Below, piece after piece: positions 7,841-16,521 of a stretch of DNA of 32,810 nucleotides. The stretch spans positions 1-32,810 of the forward strand of contig JAYKHS010000008.1 of assembly GCA_035285865.1 (NCBI GenBank), in the 5' to 3' direction. The notes under the pieces are model-generated. The model did no database searches, was not told the origin of the DNA, and saw only the letters and a list, made by a program, of their open reading frames with translations. Position 1 is the stretch's first letter. The number at the start of each line of letters is the position of its first letter. The DNA is from Candidatus Sericytochromatia bacterium. GTDB lineage: Bacteria; Cyanobacteriota; Sericytochromatia; S15B-MN24; VGJW01. The position numbers and the translations under genes are program-made.

Positions 7841-9393
7841 GCATGGTCCAGTCAACTACCGGCGTGCCGCGGACGGGAGAGAAGAGCTACGCCCGCGATC
7901 TCCTCGCCTCCGTCGTGGTGTTCCTGGTGGCCTTGCCGCTCTGCATGGGCGTTGCCATCGCGTCGGGTGTGCCGCCTGCTCTCGGTCTGCTTTCGGGCAT
8001 CATCGGCGGCATCGTCGTCGGCAGCCTGGCCGGTGCGCCCCTGCAGGTCAGCGGACCTGCAGCCGGGCTGACGGTCATCATCTGGGAGATCGTCCAGGAG
8101 CACGGCTTGGCCGGGATGGCCATCATTGTCGTCCTGGCGGGCCTGATTCAGATCGCGGCTGGTCTGCTGCGCGTGGGCGGGTGGTTCCGAGCCGTCTCGC
8201 CGGCCGTGATCCACGGCATGCTCGGGGGTATCGGCTGCCTGATCATGGCCAGCCAGATCCACGTCGTCATGGACTCTAGTCCGAAGGGTGGCGGCATCGC
8301 GAACCTTGTCGCGCTGCCCGAGACCCTGGCCAAGGCCATCCTGCCGGTCGATGGCTCGACCCATCACCTGGCGGCTGGCATCGGCATCATGACGGTGCTC
8401 ACCATGATGGCGTGGTCCAGGTTCGCCCCGCGCAGCCTGAAGCTTGTTCCGGCGCCGCTCCTTGCCGTTGCCGGTGCCATTCTGGCTTCGTGGGCGCTTG
8501 GCCTCTCGATCAAGCATGTCACGGTCCCGGCCAACCTGGCCGAGGTCGTGCGCTGGCCGTCGTTGCAGGATCTTGGCTTGTTGAGCCAGATGAACATCTG
8601 GGCCGAGGCCCTCGCCGTCGCGGTGATTGCCAGTGCCGAGACCTTGCTGTGCGCCACGGCCGTCGACAAGCTGCATGACGGGCCTCGGACGAAGTACGAC
8701 CGCGAGATGCTGGCGCAGGGCGTGGGCAACACGTTGTGCGGCCTGGTCGGGGCCATCCCCGTCACGGGTGTCATCGTCCGCAGCTCGGCCAATGTCGAAG
8801 CCGGCGGCAAGACGCGTCTGTCTGCCATCCTTCATGGCGTGTGGATCCTGGCGTTCGTGGTCCTGCTGTCTCCGGTGCTGGAGCGCATCCCCGTAGCGAG
8901 TCTCGCGGCCATCCTGGTCTTCACGGGCTTCAAGCTGCTGAACCCCAAGGCCATCAAGGAACTGGCCGCCTACGGCAAGGCCGAGGTCGCCATCTACCTG
9001 GCGACGGTCGTGGCCATCGTGGCGACGAACCTGCTCGAGGGCGTCCTGATCGGCATCGGTCTCGCGCTGGTCAAGCTGCTGTGGACCTTCAGCCGCCTCG
9101 AGGTCGCGGTTCAGGGCGAAGGTGACGAGGGTGGCCAGGTCCTGCATCTGGCGGGCATCGCGACCTTCCTGCGCCTGCCCGTGCTTGCCCGGGCCCTCGA
9201 GGATGTGCGCCCCGGATCGCGGCTGCGTGTCGAAAGCGACGCGCTGGAGTACATCGACCCCGCGTGTCTCGACCTGATGCGGGATTGGGCTCAGCGGCAC
9301 CAAGCCATGGGCGGCCATGTCGAGGTGTCGTGGGAGCACTTGAGCGAGCGCTACCACTCTCGGCGCAGGACGCTGCAGGTGCGCGGAGCCTGA
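7837..9393 (+). CDS. SulP/SLC26 anion (probably bicarbonate) transporter with short STAS-like tail
   Basis: DLLASVVVFLVALPLCMGVAIASG, QVSGPAAGL, AQGVGN and GVIVRSSANV motifs; start is GTG 7837 (overlap) or ATG 7843. Confidence 0.93.
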   Translation: MSMVQSTTGVPRTGEKSYARDLLASVVVFLVALPLCMGVAIASGVPPALGLLSGIIGGIVVGSLAGAPLQVSGPAAGLTVIIWEIVQEHGLAGMAIIVVLAGLIQIAAGLLRVGGWFRAVSPAVIHGMLGGIGCLIMASQIHVVMDSSPKGGGIANLVALPETLAKAILPVDGSTHHLAAGIGIMTVLTMMAWSRFAPRSLKLVPAPLLAVAGAILASWALGLSIKHVTVPANLAEVVRWPSLQDLGLLSQMNIWAEALAVAVIASAETLLCATAVDKLHDGPRTKYDREMLAQGVGNTLCGLVGAIPVTGVIVRSSANVEAGGKTRLSAILHGVWILAFVVLLSPVLERIPVASLAAILVFTGFKLLNPKAIKELAAYGKAEVAIYLATVVAIVATNLLEGVLIGIGLALVKLLWTFSRLEVAVQGEGDEGGQVLHLAGIATFLRLPVLARALEDVRPGSRLRVESDALEYIDPACLDLMRDWAQRHQAMGGHVEVSWEHLSERYHSRRRTLQVRGA

Positions 9394-9416
9394 TCCGCGA
9401 CGGCGTGTCTCGATCG

Positions 9417-9953
9417 TCAGGGGGCCAGCGTGGCTGTTGCCAGGCTGGCCCCCGCCGCGATCAGCAGCATCAGGAGCAGGACGGCGTCACCCAGCGGCCG
9501 GATCAAGGCGGACAGGCATCGATCCGCGCCAACGCCTGAAACCACGGCGAGGTCCCGTGTGGCTCGGGTAACTTGCAGCGCCAGCAGGCCAAGCGCGAGA
9601 GCCCAAGTGCCCGGACCGGGCAGCACCCCCGAAAGGACAGGCCAGAGCAGCCATGGCCACGTTGCCGTGGCGAGGACCTCGTCGACCGCCTCGAGCGGGG
9701 CTTGCCCACCTGCCGCGAGCAGCCGCCGATAGACCTGCGTGCCGTGGGCACCCATAACCAGGAAGCCGAGGAGGGTCGTTGCCAGCGTCCAGACGACCGC
9801 TGCCGGCACCGGCAACCGCAGCACGGTGGCCAGGTGGAGGGCAGGCAGACCGAAGGCCAGCGCCGTGAGCACGCGCACGGCCAGCCAGGGCTTCTCGCCA
9901 GGCTTTGCCCAAGGCTTCCCGAGGCCGTCCCAGAGGACATCCAGCAGCATCAT
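9417..9953 (-). CDS. Multi-pass membrane protein, possibly Yip1-like
   Basis: About five hydrophobic segments; ATG 9953 overlaps the sppA stop (ATGA). Family call is tentative. Confidence 0.6.
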   Translation of the reverse strand: MMLLDVLWDGLGKPWAKPGEKPWLAVRVLTALAFGLPALHLATVLRLPVPAAVVWTLATTLLGFLVMGAHGTQVYRRLLAAGGQAPLEAVDEVLATATWPWLLWPVLSGVLPGPGTWALALGLLALQVTRATRDLAVVSGVGADRCLSALIRPLGDAVLLLMLLIAAGASLATATLAP

Positions 9954-10912
9954 GGCCACACCGCCAGCGGCACGCCCTTGGGCAAGGCAGAGACCTGCAG
10001 GCCGAGCTGTGTCGCCAACGGTCCCCCGATGCCACCCCGGCTGTCCATCTCGAAGAGGTTCTCGAGCCAGGAGCCCTTGTTGTAGCGCTTGATGCTGGGC
10101 GTCCCGACCACCCCTGCCAGGGCAGCCGCCTTGTCCAGAGCCTCTTGGGTCGTGCCCAGCGCATCCACGAGGCCGACGGCCTTGGCCTGTCGGCCGGTAT
10201 AGACGCGGCCATCCGCAAGGCCGCGCAGCTTGGCGAGCGGCAACTGCGGCCGGCCCTTGCGGATGGCCTCGAGGAACTGGTCGTAGCTGTCGTTGACCAG
10301 CGCCTGCAGGCTGGCCCTGTCAGCGGGTTCCATCGGCCGGAAGGGAGAGCCGACATCCTTTCGGGCGCCGCTCTTGATGGTGTTGTCCCGGATGCCGATG
10401 CGGCCCATGAGGCCAGAGACCTCCTGGACCTGCAGGATGACGCCGATGGAGCCGGTGGTGCTTCCGGGCAGGGCGACGATGTGGTTGGCCGCCGACGCGA
10501 TGTAGTATCCGCCGGAGGCCGCCACGTCTCCGAAGGATGCGACCACGGGAATCTTCGCCTTGGTGCGCAGGCGCATCAGCTCCTCATGGATGGCCTGCGA
10601 GGCCGCGACCGTCCCCCCGGGAGAGTTGATGCGGATCAGGATGGCGCGTGCCCCGTCTTTCTCTGCCTGCCGCAGCAGACGTACCGTGCGCTGGGCGCCG
10701 ATGCCCGCGCTGCCACCGGTCAGGCCGCCGTCCGGCCCCGCATCCGTGATGGGGCCTTGCAGGTCCAGCACGGCCACGTCGGGCGTACCGACCGACAGCT
10801 CCTCGCCACCCTTGATGGCCGGCACGGGCGTCCGCAGCCAGTTGCCGACCGTGCCGACCACGGCCAGCACGAGTATGGCACCGGCCCAGATGCGCTCCTG
10901 CAGGGTTGCCAA
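9950..10912 (-). CDS. sppA: Signal peptide peptidase SppA (S49, short 36K type)
   Basis: IRINSPGG, VAASGGYYIA, TGSIGV, KSGARKD and ADGRVYTGRQA motifs; TTG start after GGAGG; N-terminal TM. Confidence 0.93.
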   Translation of the reverse strand: MATLQERIWAGAILVLAVVGTVGNWLRTPVPAIKGGEELSVGTPDVAVLDLQGPITDAGPDGGLTGGSAGIGAQRTVRLLRQAEKDGARAILIRINSPGGTVAASQAIHEELMRLRTKAKIPVVASFGDVAASGGYYIASAANHIVALPGSTTGSIGVILQVQEVSGLMGRIGIRDNTIKSGARKDVGSPFRPMEPADRASLQALVNDSYDQFLEAIRKGRPQLPLAKLRGLADGRVYTGRQAKAVGLVDALGTTQEALDKAAALAGVVGTPSIKRYNKGSWLENLFEMDSRGGIGGPLATQLGLQVSALPKGVPLAVWP

Positions 10913-10941
10913 GGTGTTCCTCCCATCCCGGACGTGCCGGC

Positions 10942-10951
10942 AGGTTATCAT
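10942..10951. promoter_or_regulatory. Overlapping divergent -10 boxes for sppA and gmhB
   Basis: Plus strand: TATCAT (10946-10951), 6 nt before ATG 10958. Minus strand: TGaTAACCT (10950-10942). Confidence 0.6.
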
Positions 10952-10957
10952 GCCCAA

Positions 10958-11542
10958 ATGAAGGCCGCCGTTTTCCTGGACCGCGATGGCACCATCAACG
11001 AAGAGGTGGGCTACATCCGCGCATTGCCCGATCTTCGCCTGGTGCCGGGAGCCGGCCGTGCGATCTCTCGCCTGAATGCCGCGGGTGTTCCGGCCATTCT
11101 GGTGACGAACCAGTCCGGGCCGGCGCGGGGTTACTACCCCGAGTCGCATGTGCAGGCTTTGCATGAGCGGTTGCAGGAGCTGCTGCTGGAGGACGGTGCC
11201 ATACTCGACGACCTCTTCTACTGTCCGCACCTGCCCCCCGAGGAGGGAGGCACTGTGGCCCCCTATGCTGCATCTTGTGCGTGCCGCAAGCCTGGCACCG
11301 GCATGGTCGACGAGGCCTGTGCGCGCTGGGGCATAGACCCCGTTCAGTCCTACGTCGTCGGCGACAAGGCCTCGGACGTCGAACTCGGTCAGGCCTGCGG
11401 TGCTCGCACGGTCCTGTTGCTCAGCGGCTATGGCGAGCGTGTCGTGGCGGGCACCTACCAGCATCCGGTCCGGGCTGACCACGTTGCGGCCGACCTGCCT
11501 GCCGCCATCGATTGGATTCTTGCGGACTTGGGCCTTGCCTGA
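10958..11542 (+). CDS. gmhB: D-glycero-manno-heptose-1,7-bisphosphate phosphatase (HAD IIIA)
   Basis: AVFLDRDGTIN, VTNQSG, YCPH, CACRKPGTG and VGDKASD motifs. Confidence 0.9.
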   Translation: MKAAVFLDRDGTINEEVGYIRALPDLRLVPGAGRAISRLNAAGVPAILVTNQSGPARGYYPESHVQALHERLQELLLEDGAILDDLFYCPHLPPEEGGTVAPYAASCACRKPGTGMVDEACARWGIDPVQSYVVGDKASDVELGQACGARTVLLLSGYGERVVAGTYQHPVRADHVAADLPAAIDWILADLGLA

Positions 11543-13124
11543 CGGAGCGCCTGCTCGCCCCGGCCTGCTGCGTGCCGCCTCGATGGTGGCGGGCCTCGTG
11601 CTCGTCAGCAAGGGCTTCGGTTTCGCGCGCGAGGTGGTGATCGCGGGCGTGCACGGTGCCGGCGAGGTGCGCGATGCCTACAACCTTGCCTACCAGTTGC
11701 CCGCTTACGTTCTGGTGATGCTGGGTGGCCTCAATGGCCCTTTCCACAGCGCCGCGACCGCAGCCCTGACGCGTGGGCGTGCCGAAGGGCGGACCGACGG
11801 CGATTCGCTGGTGGCCTCATTGCTGCTCTGGGTGGGGCTCCTCATGGCGGGTGTGGCGGCTGCCGTGGCCTGGGCGGCCCCGTGGATCCTGAAGCTCCAG
11901 GGGCCGTGGGTCGATCCCGCGGTGCTCGAGCTCGCGGTGCCGATGTTGCGGTGGATGGCCCCGATCCTGGCACTTGGCGCGTGGATCGGCCTGCTGTCCG
12001 GATTGTCGCAGGATCGTGGGGACGTGGCCCTGCCCAGCTTGTCGCCCCTTGTCTCTTCGGTGGCCGTGGTGTTGGCCCTCGTGCTCCGGCCCGGCGATCC
12101 CATGGCCCTCGCCTGGGGCACGGCTGCAGGTGCCGCCCTCCAGGCACTCCTTCAAGGCCTGCCCGCATGGCGCCTGCTGGCCGGTCGCGGCGGACTGGAA
12201 TGGATTCGCCCGGACGATCCGCGGATGCGCGCGCTGCTGGCCCTGCTCTGGCCTGCCATCCTGTCCTCGAGCGTGGGGCAACTCAATGTCCTCGTGGGCA
12301 CGTTTTTCCTGTCCCGGGCCGGGACGGGCGCCATCGCGGCCTGGGGCTACGCCAACGTCATCTACCAGTTGCCGCTCGGTACCTTGCTTGCGGCGTTGCT
12401 CGTGCCCCTCTTCCCGAGGCTTACGGAGGCCGCGGCCAAGGGAGACATGGACGGTCTGCGCCACTGGCTGGCGCGCGGGGCCTCACTGGTGGGCGGGATT
12501 TGTCTGCCGCTTGCGGCCGGTCTGGTGGTGCTGGCCGGCCCGCTGGTCTCCGTCGCCTTCGCGCGCGGTGCGTTCGGGGCGCAGGACGTCGCACGGACGG
12601 CCCTGGTCCTGGCCTGTCTCGCTCTGGGTCTGGTGGCGTACGCCATGCGTGATTTGATGGTTCGCTGCTTTTATGCTTTGCATGATTCACGGACTCCGCT
12701 ACGAATCACTGTTGTATCTTTGTTGATAAATGTTCTTGTCAACGCAATTCTGACGTTTGCCTTCGACGCCGGGCTTGCCGGGATCGCAGCCGCCACCGTC
12801 CTCGTGACATGGGCCAACGCCCTGCAGGTCGCTTGGGCGCTGCGGCGTCGGATCGGCTCGCTGGGCCTAGCCACGATGTTGCAGCCCTTCCGGGACGGTC
12901 TGGTGCATGCCTTGGTCGCGGGAGCGGCCTCGTGGACCCTCATCGCTTGGCTCGAGGCACGCACCTGGTGGCCCGTGGGCTTCTGGGGGCAGCTCGGCCT
13001 GCTGACCCTCGGAGGCGGTCTGGGCATGTTCCTCGTCGCGGCCGGCCTTGTCGGGGTGCGGATCAGGCGAGGTGCTATGATGGCCACTGCGCCCATCGGC
13101 CGGGGCCCCGGTGACCCACCATGA
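11535..13124 (+). CDS. murJ: Lipid II flippase MurJ (MviN)
   Basis: SKGFGFAREVVIA, GGLNGPFHSA, YANVIYQLPLG, FARGAF and FYALHDSRTP motifs. TTG 11535 is inferred (ATG 11583 is an alternative). Confidence 0.92.
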   Translation: MPDGAPARPGLLRAASMVAGLVLVSKGFGFAREVVIAGVHGAGEVRDAYNLAYQLPAYVLVMLGGLNGPFHSAATAALTRGRAEGRTDGDSLVASLLLWVGLLMAGVAAAVAWAAPWILKLQGPWVDPAVLELAVPMLRWMAPILALGAWIGLLSGLSQDRGDVALPSLSPLVSSVAVVLALVLRPGDPMALAWGTAAGAALQALLQGLPAWRLLAGRGGLEWIRPDDPRMRALLALLWPAILSSSVGQLNVLVGTFFLSRAGTGAIAAWGYANVIYQLPLGTLLAALLVPLFPRLTEAAAKGDMDGLRHWLARGASLVGGICLPLAAGLVVLAGPLVSVAFARGAFGAQDVARTALVLACLALGLVAYAMRDLMVRCFYALHDSRTPLRITVVSLLINVLVNAILTFAFDAGLAGIAAATVLVTWANALQVAWALRRRIGSLGLATMLQPFRDGLVHALVAGAASWTLIAWLEARTWWPVGFWGQLGLLTLGGGLGMFLVAAGLVGVRIRRGAMMATAPIGRGPGDPP

Positions 13125-13591
13125 ACCTGAGACTCTCCAGCGACGACCCCGATGTCGTCACCCGCTGCGTGCTCGAGCTCGGGACTCCGGTGGATCAGGA
13201 TGGCCTGTGGCTCCCCTACGTGTTGACGTTGCAGTCCGGTGAACGGGAGATCCGGTTGGCTGACCCGGTCGAGGGAACCGTCGAAGGCCGCTGCCTGCTG
13301 GGGCTTGCGCCCCGGGACGAACTGGCGCTGCTGACGGAGGGGCTGGACGACCTGCTGGCCGGCCGCAGGACGCGCTGGGCCTTCGAACCCCAGGAGCCCA
13401 ACTTCTCCCTCGAGTTCGAGGCCGTGCCCGAGGGGTACGTGGTGCATGTCTGGGTGGATGCCGGCAACCAGCGATCCGACCACTTCACGTGGGATGGGGT
13501 GGGCATCCGATTCTTCACGACCGCGCAGGCGGTCCAGCGGTTCATCATGGACGGGCGCGCCGCCCGGGCCAAGACAGGCGCGGAGGTTTGA
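13121..13591 (+). CDS. Hypothetical acidic protein, loosely WapI-immunity-like
   Basis: Overlaps both neighbours; FEPQEPNFSLEF...VWVDAG...GIRF pattern. Family resemblance is from memory only. Confidence 0.7.
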   Translation: MNLRLSSDDPDVVTRCVLELGTPVDQDGLWLPYVLTLQSGEREIRLADPVEGTVEGRCLLGLAPRDELALLTEGLDDLLAGRRTRWAFEPQEPNFSLEFEAVPEGYVVHVWVDAGNQRSDHFTWDGVGIRFFTTAQAVQRFIMDGRAARAKTGAEV

Positions 13592-14436
13592 TGGGCACGA
13601 CCCTGCTCGAGGGCAACCTCGCATCGATCAGCTTTCCCAATCTGGTCCAGCTGATCAAGATGGAATCCAAGACGGCGCTGCTGGAACTGAACCGCATCGA
13701 GGTCAACCAGCAGGCCGAGATGTACTTCCAGAACGGGACGCTCAAGTACGCGGCCGTCAACGCCCTGCGTGGCGAGGATGCGATGTTCCGGATCATCTGC
13801 TGGTGGAACACGGGCGACTTCAAGGTCGTGTCCTGCACGCAGGAAGAGTTGCCGGCGGCCAACGTCACGCGGCAGATTGACTGGATTCTGCTCGAGGGCA
13901 TGCGCCGGATGGACGAGTGCAAGCCCTTCAAGGACCTGCTGCCTGACCTGACCAGCGCCGTGAGTTTCACTCAGGAAGCCCTCGATGCCTTCGAGTGGGA
14001 CCGCAACGACCCGCCCGAGTGGATTCCCCACTGGATGCGTCGTCTGCCGCGCAGCTTCTCGATGGCCCAGCTCTTCGAAGTCTCCTCGCAGGGCCACAAG
14101 GAAACCTGCGACTCCCTGAAGGCCATGCTCTACACCCAGGGGTCGATGGCCCACTCCCGCGACGGTGGTCTCGACCCGGCCCACGCACCCATCCAGAAGA
14201 CGCGCTTCGACTCGTTCGCGCTCATCTGCATGGAGGTGATGGGCTACGAGGCCGCGCGCCGGATGGTCGAATCGACCCTATCGGAGATGCCCAATCAGGA
14301 CATCGACGCCTTGGGCTTCACCCAGATGGTGGACTTGGCCGACCGCATCAGCATGGCGGTCTCACGTCAGGTCGGATTCGATCAGGGGCAGGAAATCAAC
14401 CGCAAGCTGCGGGCCCGGATCACGAGCCTGCTCTGA
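13591..14436 (+). CDS. DUF4388/PATAN-like domain protein
   Basis: LEGNLASISFPNLVQLI...KTALLEL...MYFQNG...GEDAMFRIICW..GDF...ILLEGMRRMDE; GGAGG RBS, TGATG coupling. Confidence 0.88.
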   Translation: MGTTLLEGNLASISFPNLVQLIKMESKTALLELNRIEVNQQAEMYFQNGTLKYAAVNALRGEDAMFRIICWWNTGDFKVVSCTQEELPAANVTRQIDWILLEGMRRMDECKPFKDLLPDLTSAVSFTQEALDAFEWDRNDPPEWIPHWMRRLPRSFSMAQLFEVSSQGHKETCDSLKAMLYTQGSMAHSRDGGLDPAHAPIQKTRFDSFALICMEVMGYEAARRMVESTLSEMPNQDIDALGFTQMVDLADRISMAVSRQVGFDQGQEINRKLRARITSLL

Positions 14437-14489
14437 GTCCGGCGTCATCGCCGGAAACGTGGGGTGCCCGAACCCCGGGAGGTCATGGG

Positions 14490-15590
14490 ATGCGTCGTCT
14501 GCTCCAGTCTGTCCTGCTGGTCTGCCTGTCCGGCGTCCTTGCGCTGCCCGTCGATGCGGCCGGCACGTGGAAGCTGGGCGTGGCCGCTCCGCTGACCGGA
14601 CCGTTGGCGAAGATGGGTGCTGACATCCGCCAGGGCGTGCAGGTGGCCGTGGACGAGGTCAATGCGGCCGGGGGCATCCGGGGCCAGAAGGTCGTGTTGG
14701 TGGTCGAGGACGACAAGGGCGATCCCCGCGAAGGCATGGTCGTCGCCAGCAAGCTCGTCCAGTCGGGCGTGCTGGGCGTGGTCGGGCACCTGAACAGCGG
14801 CATCTCGATCCCGGCCTCCAAGGAGGTCTATGCACCAGCATCCGTGGCCATGGTGACGCCGGCCTCGACCAATCCGCAGTTGACTGAGCGCGGCCTGAAG
14901 AACGTCTTCCGCACCATCGGTCGCGATGACCAGCAAGGCAAGGATGCGGCGGAGTATGTGCTGGGTCGGGGCTTCCGCAAGGTCGCCGTGCTCGACAACA
15001 AGAATGCCTACGGCCAAGGCTTGGCCGACGTCTTCCGCCGGACCTTCGTCAAGGGTGGTGGCGAAATCGTGCTTTCGGACAGCGTGACGACCGGCGACAA
15101 GGACTTCACGCCCATCCTGACGCGGATCAAGGCCAAGCGTCCCGATCTGCTCTACTTCGGCGGCGAGTATCAGGATGCCGGCTTGCTTGCCAAGCAGGCT
15201 CGCCGGGTCGGCATTCGTGTCCCGATGATGGGCGGGGACGGCATTCTCGACGGCACTTTCGTGACTCTGGCCGGACTCAAGGCTGCCGAGGGCACCCTGG
15301 CCACCGGTCCGGGCGGCACCTCCCAGAAGGGCTTCAACGTGGTCTACAGCAAGCGGTATGGTGAGCCCGGCGCATACTCGGCCTACTCGTATGACGCGGC
15401 CCACGTGCTCATGGCGGCGATGGGTCGTGCGGGCAAGCCCGAGCGCAAGGCCGTGCTTGCGGCCGTCGCCACGACGCGGAATCATCCCGGGGTCACGGGA
15501 CGGATCACGTTCAATGCCAAGGGTGATCAGCCCAACTTCAAGTTCTCGGTCTGGACGGTCGCGGACGGCCGTTTCCGGCTCGTGCAGTAG
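14490..15590 (+). CDS. livK: Branched-chain amino acid ABC transporter substrate-binding protein
   Basis: Signal peptide; APLTG, NAAGGI, EDDKGDP, VVGHLNSG, FRTIGRDDQQG and YSYDA motifs. Confidence 0.93.
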   Translation: MRRLLQSVLLVCLSGVLALPVDAAGTWKLGVAAPLTGPLAKMGADIRQGVQVAVDEVNAAGGIRGQKVVLVVEDDKGDPREGMVVASKLVQSGVLGVVGHLNSGISIPASKEVYAPASVAMVTPASTNPQLTERGLKNVFRTIGRDDQQGKDAAEYVLGRGFRKVAVLDNKNAYGQGLADVFRRTFVKGGGEIVLSDSVTTGDKDFTPILTRIKAKRPDLLYFGGEYQDAGLLAKQARRVGIRVPMMGGDGILDGTFVTLAGLKAAEGTLATGPGGTSQKGFNVVYSKRYGEPGAYSAYSYDAAHVLMAAMGRAGKPERKAVLAAVATTRNHPGVTGRITFNAKGDQPNFKFSVWTVADGRFRLVQ

Positions 15591-15602
15591 GCGGCCGTTC
15601 CG

Positions 15603-16520
15603 ATGGAGTGGGAATTGCTGGCCCAGCAGGTCTTGAACGGCCTGACCATCGGTTCGATGTACGCCCTGATCGCGCTGGGCTACACGATGGTCTACGGCAT
15701 CCTCCAGTTGATCAACTTCGCCCACGGCGAGGTCTTCATGGTGGGATCCTTCGCCGGCCTTGGCACGTTGCTCGTCATCGAGAAGGTGGCGCCCGGCCTG
15801 AGCCTGGTGCCGGCGTTGGCGCTCGCGCTGGTGGCGGCTATGGCCGCCGCAGCCGTTTTGGGGGTGCTCATCGAGCGGGTGGCCTACAGGCCTTTGCGAC
15901 ACAGCCCCCGTCTGTCGCTGCTGATCACGGCACTGGGGCTGTCCATCCTTCTCCAGAACCTCGTCATGTTGCTCGTGGGTACCGAAGACCGCGCCTATCC
16001 CGACCGATTCACAGAGGCCCTGCAGGAAGGCTTCGACCTCGGTGCGGTCCACGTGGCGTGGCAGCAGTTGCTGACGCTCGGTGTCGCCCTGGCCTTCATG
16101 GCCGGACTGACCTGGATGGTGCAACGCACGCGCTTGGGCAAGGCGATGAGGGCGACGGCGCAGGACCCTGTCACGGCCGGACTCATGGGCATCGAAGCGG
16201 ATCGCATCGTCGCGTTGACCTTCGCGATGGGCTCGGCCCTCGCCGCGGTCGGAGGCGTGCTTTTCGGCCTCAACTACTCGATCAACTTCTTCATCGGCAC
16301 CCAGGCCGGCCTGAAGGCCTTCATCGCGGCTGTCCTGGGCGGTATCGGCAGCCTGCCGGGTGCCGTGGTGGGCGGGTTGCTGCTGGGCCTGATCGAGGCG
16401 CTCGGAGCCGGCTATGTTTCCGGTACGTGGAAGGACGTCTTCGCCTTCGTCATCTTGGCCGTGGTGCTGGTATTCCGGCCTGCCGGGCTGCTGGGGCGGA
16501 CCGTGGTGGAGAAGGTCTGA
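15603..16520 (+). CDS. livH: BCAA ABC transporter permease
   Basis: NGLTIGSMYALIALGYTMVYGILQLINFAHGE, GLKAFIAAVLGGIGS. Confidence 0.95.
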   Translation: MEWELLAQQVLNGLTIGSMYALIALGYTMVYGILQLINFAHGEVFMVGSFAGLGTLLVIEKVAPGLSLVPALALALVAAMAAAAVLGVLIERVAYRPLRHSPRLSLLITALGLSILLQNLVMLLVGTEDRAYPDRFTEALQEGFDLGAVHVAWQQLLTLGVALAFMAGLTWMVQRTRLGKAMRATAQDPVTAGLMGIEADRIVALTFAMGSALAAVGGVLFGLNYSINFFIGTQAGLKAFIAAVLGGIGSLPGAVVGGLLLGLIEALGAGYVSGTWKDVFAFVILAVVLVFRPAGLLGRTVVEKV

Positions 16521-16521
16521 G

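Noticed and set aside
9905..11611. Apparent long overlap of the sppA and gmhB ORFs on opposite strands
   Set aside because: True starts are 10912 (minus) and 10958 (plus); the extensions are shadow sequence.
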